From Phyllosticta citribraziliensis (taxonomy: Eukaryota), in assembly GCF_038025025.1 (NCBI RefSeq), contig NW_027117344.1:1860001-1924000 (forward strand): 64,000 nucleotides of DNA. The letters run 5' to 3'. The position numbers were made by a program, and so were the translations under genes. The notes beneath the pieces were generated by a model. It searched no databases and was not told the origin of the DNA. It saw only the letters and a list, made by a program, of their open reading frames with translations. This document shows positions 11,388-20,934 of the stretch, piece after piece. Within the stretch, counting starts at the first letter, position 1, and the number at the start of each line of letters is the position of its first letter.

Positions 11388-12181
11388 TCACAGACCAGCC
11401 ACGACAGCGGCGCCCAGGCCAACGAGCAGGCCCCAGGCGCTGAGGGGTTCGAAGGCGGCGACGGCAGCCGACGTACCCGATGCCGTCGCGTTGGGAGCGG
11501 TGCCGGTCGAAGTCGCGGTGGTGCCGGATTCGGACTGGTTGGCGTTGGCATTGGTGTTTGTGAACTCGGCCGAGACGCCCGTGCTGTTGGAGCAGTGGGC
11601 ATTGTAGTCGGACTCGGAGAGGGGCGCGGCGGTGAAGGTGACGTCGGCGCACTGAATGTTTGTGTTGTGATTAGCTTGTGCTGCTATTGTGTGGTTTGCG
11701 CGTGGAGCTGGGGTGCAAGAAAGACTGCGGCGAGATGGGGAAGAATGAGGTGGGGGCGTACCTGGTACAATCCGCCATCGGGATCGCCGTTGGTGACGAC
11801 CTGGATGGTCGCGTTGGTGCCCTCGCTGATGTTCATGCCGCCCAGCATGCCGGGCACGACGACGCCTCCCAGACAAAAGTCATTGGGTCCGCGCTCGCGC
11901 AGCAGCGGCCGCAAGACGTAGTTGAAGGCGGGACCGACGTCGTTGCCCAGACCAATCAGCACTTGGACGTTGGCCTCGGTGTGGTGCATGTCGAGCTGGA
12001 TGGGGAAGGGCGCGTTGACGGGAATCATGGTGCGGTTGGTGCTGGGCGTCTCGAAGCCGCCGCATGGGTACTCGGCGGCCTTGTCGTCGTTAAAGCCGCG
12101 CGCGGTGGGCCAGTTCAAGAGGAAGTGGGCAGAGGCCAGCGAAGGGCCCAGCAGGATGAGTGGAGTCGAGGTGAGGCGCAT
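11388..12181 (-). CDS. GPI-anchored His-brace copper-binding protein, Bim1/X325 (LPMO-like) family. Exons 12181-11762, 11651-11388
   Basis: Signal peptide ending ASA followed by mature HFLLNWPTARGF..PCGG (His1). Second His in DMHH, NGDPDGGLYQ|CADV (Asp ligand region) across the intron, S/T/A-rich stalk, hydrophobic GPI-signal C-terminus. Confidence 0.85.
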
Positions 12182-12609
12182 TTTGGTGGTCGCGGTTCAA
12201 TTGGTTTCCTTGTTGTTGGTTGGGTGAACTGGTGTTGTGAGAGGAGGGAGTGGAAACGGAAATGATTTCCAAATGGGCGTCGGGCTTTGAATATAGCAAA
12301 GCTGAAGCGGGGAGGCGGAATGGAAGGGAGTTAAGGTTTGCGTCTAAAGTGGAGGGTTCAGCTGACGGGAGGAAGTCGAGAGGGTTTTGATCGTGTTTGA
12401 TGGACGGTAGGGGAGGTGGATAGAGTGGATGTGAGCAATCCGAGAGAGATTTAAATGGGCAGCTTGTCCAGGACTACATGTACAGTACATGCAGATGGAG
12501 ACAGGGCTGGTCCAGATGTTTGGGCGGGCCGGGGCGACGGACCAGTTGATGACAGCGGAGTCTACGGTACCTTACGGTACCAGAGGAGTAGGGTACATGG
12601 GATGCGCGC

Positions 12610-12621
12610 AATTGAGCACAT
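12610..12621 (-). promoter_or_regulatory. Putative Mac1-type copper-response element upstream of the Bim1-like gene (ATGTGCTCAATT on the minus strand)
   Basis: Contains TGTGCTCA. An identical 12-mer occurs at 13731-13742. Confidence 0.6.
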
Positions 12622-12892
12622 TAGGAAGCCATCGCGCTCGCGTCGGGCAGGGGTGACCCGATGCAGTCAGCCTAGCCTAATGTATCTTTACCCATCCAGC
12701 TGGGCTCGACGGCGAGCGGCCTTTTTTTTTTTTTTTTTTTATTTATTTTCTTTGTTTACAATTGGTGCATCTGTCACCTCGTCTATGCTTTAGAGAGAGC
12801 AAAATGACCCCAAGACTCCTCGCCTTCAGTGGACAGTTGTACAGCAAAGCAAAAGTAAATGATGCGAATGTAACCCGTAAGCCGTCCCGCCG

Positions 12893-13525
12893 TCAGTGCT
12901 CCGCCATGGCCTGCACGTAGCGCCCCACTAGCACCTCTCCCAGGAATGTGCCGCCGAGAATTGACATGAAGTATCCCACATTGAGCGTCATTATGGCGAG
13001 CATCCTGTGCCAGTGTTAGCAGCATCCAGCGTGATGAGCACATCCGATGGACTCTTACAGCAACCAGCCGACTCCAGCAATCACCGTGGCAAGCAAGGCG
13101 CGGGGCAGATCGACGCTGAATCTCCACGGCTGAGGACCCTTGATTTGCTGCTGTGTGACGACGACGTTTTGTTCCACGCCATTGACCATCAGAGTACCCG
13201 GGCTGCTGCTCGCGTCCTGCTTGATGCGCTCCGACTCGGGTGTCTGGCCCGCCACCACGACGTAGCGGCGCTGAAGGGCTTGGGCCAGCCATCGCTCCTC
13301 GATGATGCTTTTGGCTGCAAAGAGCGCCCGCCAGGCCACGGCCAGGGCTATCAGGAAGATGCAAGTGGCCGCGTACTGTCCGACCGTGTGTGGCGTCCAT
13401 TGGTCCGAGTAGAGCGGCGTAGTGGAGCTGGCGAAGAAGGTCATGCGCATTGCCGACACGTCCATGGAGCTCATGTCGCCGCCAGACATGTCCATGCCGG
13501 ACATTTCATCGTGTCGTTTAATCAT
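12893..13525 (-). CDS. Ctr-family high-affinity copper transporter. Exons 13525-13059, 13004-12893
   Basis: N-terminal Mets motifs (MSGMDMSGGDMSSM, MRMTF), LYSDQWTP, TM1, MLAIM (MxxxM in TM2), NVGYF, GGTFLG (GxxxG in TM3). Confidence 0.93.
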
Positions 13526-13730
13526 TCTTGGCCAAAAGCGTCGCGGAGGAGGCCAGGCGGGAATTGATTCGGGGACGAGCACGAGGTTGTCGGTGCGCGA
13601 ACGATGGCGCAGTTTCCAGACTGCTTCTCCGAGGCCTGGATGTCTGATCTGGAGGCAGTGGCGTTGTTATAAGCGTTGGGGAGAAGTGTTGAAGGACGGA
13701 TGCGAACGAAGCGAGGGGGAACTTGCGCAG

Positions 13731-13742
13731 ATGTGCTCAATT
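13731..13742 (+). promoter_or_regulatory. Putative Mac1-type copper-response element in the ctr/fre divergent promoter (ATGTGCTCAATT)
   Basis: TGTGCTCA core lies between the two divergent start codons (13525 and 14181). Confidence 0.65.
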
Positions 13743-14180
13743 AAGTGAGATTGTCGGAGAGGGTGCTTCAGAAAGAAGAGGCGCAGCCCGAGGTTGAGCG
13801 TGTGCGGTGGCTTTCTGAAGCAGCCAGCCAAAGGACAGGGCGTGAGTTTGAGGCAGTTCTTAGTAACCAGGGGACTCCTGGCTCGCCATTGGCCCGTCGC
13901 ATCCACCACCTCACCTCCATCTTGCATCCGATCCCACCTCTTCAGCCCTCTGCCGCCAGCCTACATAACCCACATGTAGCGTTGCATTCGCCCTCACTTT
14001 CAGCCCTGTGCCACTCCACTTGCACACCTGTTCGCTGCACGCCCGCAACTACTTTTCTCGCCGACCGACCAGCCTCAATCTCGACGCCTCGCGACGCGAC
14101 GAAACCTCATGGCATAACTGTGTCGCAACACGCGACTTTCCAATTCCCAAAACGCCCGACGCCTGGTCTAGCCTCGCAAA

Positions 14181-16510
14181 ATGAAGGCCAGAAGGCATGA
14201 CATGTCCGGCATGGACATGACCGGCATGGGCGGCATGTCGTCGTCCAGCCCCACCGGCTTGCCGTCGCTGCAGCTTTTTCAAAAAATGTACTGGGCCGTC
14301 GTGGGCGCCTTTGTCGCAGCCGCGACGCTGGTAAACATCACCAACTACATGATCTACCGGCAGAGGTGGGTACACGCGCACATCTCCCGCTGGATCCACT
14401 TCGACTGACATCATCTAGATTGTGGGCCGCCCAGCACGGTGACCCAACTCCTGCAAAACCAAAGTCTTTGGCCTCACGAATCAACGCGACTGCAACAGCA
14501 ATCCTTCGAGAAGCGACCAATGCCACATTCGCGCCATGGGTGGTCCGCGGCTTCCGCTTGCGCGTGCCGACTGTCGGCAACACATTTCTGGTCTTGGCCA
14601 ATGCAGCGACGCTTCTGGCCCTGTGCTTCTATGGTTTCAACCTAAATGACCAATGGTCCTTTGAAGACATTGGCTACCGCACTGGCTGCATGTCTGTGGC
14701 GCAGCTGCCTCTAATCTTCTTGCTGGCCGGCAAAAACAACATCATCGGTTGGTTGACTGGCTCGAGCTACGAGCGCCTAAACTGGCTGCACAGATGGGTG
14801 TCCCGCACGCTGCTACTCACCGTCACGATCCACATGGGGTACTGGTTTGGAGACTGGGCTCCATACAACTACATTGGCGACAAGATCCGCACCGACTCCA
14901 TCACACAACACGGCCTGATTTCCTGGTGCCTGCTCCTATGGATCACGTTCAGCTCCGCCGCTCCAATTCGTGGTTGGCGCTACGAGGTGTTCGTGATTCA
15001 GCATCTAATTTCATTCGCCGTCTTCCTTGCCTTTGTCTACAAACACGTTAGCTCCTGGCCAATGTACGTCCGGGTCTACGTTTGGATTCCGGTCGCCCTC
15101 GTTTGCTTTGACCGCTTCGTGCGGGCCGCCTGGATGCTCTACACCAACGTTTCCCTCTTCCATCCCAAGCCGCGGCGCAATGGCCACATGTCTGGCATCT
15201 GGGCCTGCAAAGCCGATTTCACGCCTCTGCCTCACAACACTACCCGTGTGACCATCAAAAACCCACCGATATCTTGGAAACCCGGGCAACATGTGTTCCT
15301 CTCCTGTCACTCGGTCGTTCCTCTCCAAAGCCACCCGTTTTCCATTGCATCAATTCCAGGCGACAAGCAAATGGAATTCTACATCAAGTCTGAAAATGGT
15401 GCCACCAAGCGCTTCTTGGCACATGCCGAAAAGGTTAACATGCTGCCAGCTAATGCAGCATCCGCCGCCAAGACGACCAAAGCGGTCACCATTGATGGAC
15501 CATATGGCCGGATCAGGCCCCTGCGTCAGTTTGACAGCGTTGTTTTATTTGCAGGCAGCACGGGTGCGACCTTCATCATGCCTTTGCTGCGGGACCTAGT
15601 TGCGCATTGGCAAACCCGAGCCGATTCCGCTCCGCACAAACGTTCCGGAGTCTTTTCACAGCCCCCCGGCGCCATTGCGACCCGCCGCGTCCGCCTGGTC
15701 TGGGTGGTCAAGTCGCGCGGGCAGCTGAGCTGGTTTGCGTCGCAACTCTCGCTTGTCCAGGACCAGGTTGCGCAACTGCACTCGTCGGGCGCAGATATCG
15801 ACGTAGAGTCGAGCGTCTATGTTACTTGCGATCCCAGCTTTACAGAGGAGCAAAAATCGCAATCGACAACTGCGAGGCCCAGTAGAGTCGTCGAGGAGCA
15901 GCCCCAATCGCCCGACACAGTCGCCGGCCCCTTTATAGACGAAAAGAAGCGCGCATCTGGTGACAGGTACAGCGAACGCGAGGTGGATGACAGCAACGCG
16001 TCTACACTTGGCGAAGGCGACGAAAAGAATACTCAGGCGTGCCCCGACGACACTTGCTGCTGTACCGCAACAGTCGAAGATGAGGATGCCATTTCAGCCG
16101 CTAACCGCGAATGCACCTGCGGCGTTAACCCTAACAGCAACAAAACCCGCGATCCCAATCCTCCTGTCAATGCCGGCACCGAGATTCCTACAAACGCCCC
16201 ATCTCCTCCTTCCTCTCCACCCCCTTTTACCCCTCTAATGACCTCTCCCTCGCCCTCATCGCCTGCCAACAATAACGCTACTCCACTGCATCCCGCCATC
16301 CACATTTTAGCCGGCCGCACGCACCCACGGAGTGTGATTCGCAAGAGTCTGGAGCAGGCCCTGGGCGAGACGGCTGTCGTGGCGTGTGGGCCGGTTGGGC
16401 TGGTGGATGACTGCAGAGACAGCGTGGTCCGCCTCAGTGATGAGCGCGCTGTGCATAAGGGAACTGGGGCGCAAGGCGTTTGGTTTCATGGGGAGAGGTT
16501 TGGGTGGTAG
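14181..16510 (+). CDS. Ferric/cupric reductase transmembrane component (FRE family). Exons 14181-14365, 14419-16510
   Basis: Bis-His heme helices WLHRW...TIH and QHL...YKH, PGQH, FAD motif HPFSI, DGPYG, AGSTG, CGP and terminal ERFGW. Confidence 0.93.
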
Positions 16511-17551
16511 TTTGTCAGGTCTGAATCGTCACATCTTAGGCGTCTAATTTGGCGTCACTGTACCTTCTTGGTCTTTTTATTTCGTGATGGGTTTGGATGA
16601 TACCACAGACGAAGGGAGAACCGGTTGCTTTTTGTTAGTGTTGTAGACTAAAATTTTGGTTCTGGTCAACAGCTGGCAAGCAGCATGGAGAAGAAGATGC
16701 TGAACGAGAATTGCAAGCTTCCAAAATATGTGAGTGTGTATTGATATCTTGAGTTTCGTGGCCGCTGAAGAGCAACAAGGAAAACAGATTGCAAACTCAC
16801 GTCAAAACCTGCAACAAATGCCCAACCACATTTCCGCTCCTCTGGTACTTATAATAACAATTTCTATACGAAGAACTAACAGAATTGATGTTCATGCCCT
16901 GCCCTCTTAAGCTGCCGTCGAGCATCTTCCTGATCCGGTTAGCGCAACGCGTACGAGACGACCACGACGCGTCTTCCCAGCCCTTTTTCCTCATCTTCAA
17001 ACCCACCTCAGAACGCCCGACAGCAATGCCACCAAGCGCTTCTGCAACTTCGAACCCCTCAGCGACAGGCAATGGCGTCGGAGCGAAAGTAGGAAATCGG
17101 AGAGGTTTGAGGCCCTGAATCTGCAGCTCGAGGCGAGACTGAGAGAGTTTGGGGAGGAAGCGCGAGTTCCGAGGGGTAGAAGAAGCTAAGTCTTGCCAGC
17201 TCAGAGATTTGTGGAGTAAGGACGAGGGCTATGGCGGTCGCGTTCTCCGCGAATGGGCAACTGGTCGGGTATGGAATTCACTGTTTACTCCAAAATCCAG
17301 GCTTTCAAAGTTGACGCGTACAGGAACAGTCCGACACTAGATACAGAGAGGTCCTTCTGCGCCCATATTGAACGAGACAAGAGGAATCCTGAGCAAGAAA
17401 GAGCTTGTAAGAGCGATGCTTGAACCAACGCACTCCCCTACCCGCAATCCACCTCACCAAGTTTGGCTAACCAACTCATCATACACGCGACCTCTCCTTC
17501 TACAACTCCTTCTCCCTTCGACCCCATCCCTGAAAAGTGACATTATCTCCA

Positions 17552-18370
17552 TCAGCCTTCTACCGGGACATTTCCCCCATCAACATCTCCCCCTTCTCCA
17601 GCAACCTTTCCATCACCCCCAAGACCCGTGTTCTCTTTCTCCTCGCCCGCCGCACCGCTCTCCTCCACGCCAACCGGAAAATACCACGCACTATCGGGCA
17701 TCTCACTGGACTCCAAAATGGTCAACCACCGCCTCTTCCCCGTCAGCGTCATGCACAAGAACAGCGCGTCGCGATACGCCACGCGCAGCACGCTCTCAAC
17801 GCCGCGCAGCTGCGCGCCCGACAAGCCACCGAGGAGGGGCTTCCGGTACGGCAGCAGCCGCGTGTCGTGCGGGTCGGTGCTGTTGATGTAGTTTGCGCGC
17901 TCCGGGCTCCAGAGCTCGGCCAGCCGCGCGTACTCGGCGCCCACCCTCGCGCGGCACGCGAGCGACTCGCCGGGCGTCGGCTGCGTCTTGCGCGGGTCCG
18001 TCCAGTTCACGTTGGCGTCTGTGGCGCTGAAGACGCGCCAGGCGGCCGTCGCGAAGGCCGCGTGCTGCGGGCTGCCGAGCGCGAATGCTATGTCGTCGTC
18101 GTCGTCGCCACCATCGCCCCCGTGCTGCGCGCCGCGGAAGCGCGCGATGCGGGCGTACGGGATGTACTCGATCCAGCCAAAGTCGGCGGGCGCGGGGGTG
18201 ATGGAATTGGGCCAGAGTTTGAAGTACTCGCCGACCGCGCCAGTCAGCAGGATGATGAGGCTTAGGAAGAAGGGCAGCGTGGTAACGACACCATAAGGTG
18301 AGCTTTGAAGTATTGGGCGTCGCGGAAGACGCGGCTCGGGCCAGGGAGATTGTTGTTGTCGTCGTTGGTG

Positions 18371-18407
<37 letters not shown>

Positions 18408-18538
18408 TGGTGGATCGAGGTGATTGTTGGCGTGTACTGCGCTGGCCGTCCGCTGTCCCAGGCGCTGCTCTGGTGGCCGGGCTCAGAGTCGCGCTTGGCG
18501 GTGAAAGAGCGCGTCGTTCGACGGGGCGGAGTCGACAT
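17552..18538 (-). CDS. Hypothetical protein with a poly-Gln tract and one predicted TM helix
   Basis: 328-aa ATG-initiated ORF with GC-rich third positions, (CAG)n-encoded polyQ and hydrophobic LPFFLSLIILLTGAVG. No family recognised. Confidence 0.5.
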
Positions 18539-20298
18539 GGCGGCGGACGATGGAAGCGCTCGGAGTGTTGTTGTTGGACAGAGAAGTATCGGTGGTTGGA
18601 AGACCAGTCGACTTCCTTCCTATGCATCTTTGACAAGGTGGTGCTGGTGGACCCAACAAAGAGAAAGTGACGATGGATGGGGAGTCCGCAACGGGAAAAT
18701 GCAACAAGGGTGCGTGGTGGAGAACAAAGCTCGTCGTCTTCCCCGTCCGTCGCTTTGGGAAGCGCTCGCTCAAACGGTCTTTTCATTGTCTCTTTTACGG
18801 ACACCTCATCTTGCCTCTCTCTGCGACCAACTCTGAACACGAAATTGGACAAGACGAATGGAACGGCCTGACGACTTCAACGACAGCTGGATACCACGTC
18901 GTGTTCAAACTTCAGCACGTTGGCTTTAAGCTGTACTGCCGGACCCCGCCTTTCAAAGTCGTGGAGAAGGAGGATCAAGATCGCCTTGAAATGCGAGGGC
19001 GGCGAGGGTCATTCGACCGCAAAATATTGCGACTGCCAGCCAGCTGCGCAAATGGACCTCTCTTGTTTTGCATTTCTGCCCTCTGGGGGTGGTGCTGCTA
19101 ACAGATTTTCTTCTTTCAAGCGTGCTTTGCCCCAGCGCGTCAGGCAGGCAGGCAGCATTTCCTCCAAACACTCTTCTCAGCCTGTATATCCATGTTGGCA
19201 ACAGCATACCAAAAGCAGTGGAAGTACAGCGAATGGCACACTCGATAAGTCAATTAGTCACACCGTACGCACAACCGCCGGGCCGTCGGGGGGTCGATCA
19301 TGGGATATTCGGGCCGTCCGTAGGTCGCTGCAGCGGGTATAGGTCGCAGTCGGGTATGGCGGCGAAGGACATTTTGCGTGTGTGTGAGAGAGTGAGTTGG
19401 CATCGTCGCTCGGCAAAGGAGATCGCTTCTCGAGGAACACAGAAGGGAGGGGACGAGGATTGAGCAAAGTGCTGTCTGTGGCTGCGGGAACGCGGAACTG
19501 GCTGGCCTACTTGCTGCTACTATCAACAATATAGTTGGTTCATCATCATATAGACGGGTCTGGTATCGGCAGGCAGCACGAGAATGACACGGTCGACTGC
19601 TGGATCACTGGGACTGCCACATGGCAAACGACCGGGCCACTCTCTGGCGCTAACTCCACGCACACATGGGGTGAGCAGGCGACGGGGAAGAAAAAGAAAC
19701 GGGGAGCAGCCAGCAGGAGCGCGGCCAGCGGCTGTTAGAACAAACATAAGTTCCGGCATGCCACATGGCGGTGGGAGAAGGTCGTGCTGGTCGTCGGGTG
19801 GGTGGGGTTGGTGATGATGATGATGATTGAGCCCAAGCCACATGGCCAGCCAGCCAGCCAGCCAGCCAGCCAACCAGCCAGTCAGCACGCCAGCTATTAC
19901 GGTGGATTGTGGAGTGGAGTGGTGCTCTGGACTGCGGAGATGGAGGACGACAAAAACGGCAAACCAAACCACTGAAAGGACCGGGAACAAAGGACCAAGG
20001 AGGAAATACAAGGGACGCGACGCGGTCACTCTGTCTGTCGACGGCAAAAGACGACGACGACGACGACGACTCTTTCTTTATCCCCCGCTACCTACCTACC
20101 TACCTACCTACTCTCAGCGCACTGACCTACTTCCTTCGCAGATCAGTCACCTCTCCCTCGAACTTTTCTCTCTGCTGCTGCTTCTGGCGCCTCGGAGGAG
20201 CACCGTCATCGTCGAGAACAACCGAGGCAATCAGACAGACGGGCAAGCAACGGACAGACAGTCGTCCTCAACACACACACACATTGTCCAAAGCAAAC

Positions 20299-20934
20299 AT
20301 GTGCCAAAGAAAAACCTACCTCTACTCCTGCACACACCAGGAGCTGCAGCTACGGCCCTGCCCGTCCAAATGCTGGATAGCCCGCCGCCCAGACGTGGAA
20401 GCGCAGCTGCTGCGCGCTTTTGCGAGTGACGGCAGACGCCCCACGGTACAGGCTGGTCAGGTGTACGTTCTACGCGATGCGGCCGCCGCGTCCCCGTCGC
20501 CGTCGCTGCGGTCGCAGGAGTTGGAGTTGGAGTCGCTGTCCGTGTCGTCGTCGCAGCAGCAGCGCCAGCTGTTGGGCGGATCTTCCGCGGCGAGGCGCAG
20601 TGGCGTTGTCGATGACGGCGGTAGTGATGGGAGTGGTGCTGGTGCCGCAGCAACAGCGAGGGTTAGAGCAAGAGCAAGAGAAAGAGCAGCGGCGCCGACG
20701 GCAGACGTAGTCCGACGAATCGGGCTGTGCGAAGACTGCGAGGACGTCGAGGTGCGGGTGGACGCGGTGCTGGCGCGGGAAAAGAGGGAGAAGAGGGAAC
20801 GGCGCAAACGGCGTGCGTTCCGGATTCTAGGTCTAGATATCGACGAGGTGAGGAAGGCCAGGGAGGGGGTGAAGTCGAGGGTGAGGAGACTGGGTAAGGG
20901 GGCTACGGGGTTGTTTAGGGATGGTGGGCAATGA
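20299..20934 (+). CDS. Hypothetical Cys-patterned protein (MC...YSCTH...C-x3-C ... CEDC)
   Basis: ATG in an A-rich context (AAACATG). N-terminal MCxxxxYxYxCxH pattern and a distal CxxC, as seen in small fungal hypothetical proteins. Basic C-terminus. Confidence 0.55.
   Translation: MCQRKTYLYSCTHQELQLRPCPSKCWIARRPDVEAQLLRAFASDGRRPTVQAGQVYVLRDAAAASPSPSLRSQELELESLSVSSSQQQRQLLGGSSAARRSGVVDDGGSDGSGAGAAATARVRARARERAAAPTADVVRRIGLCEDCEDVEVRVDAVLAREKREKRERRKRRAFRILGLDIDEVRKAREGVKSRVRRLGKGATGLFRDGGQ

Noticed and set aside
16797..17340. Short ORF fragments, possible pseudogene
   Set aside because: No consistent frame, splice pattern or recognisable homology.
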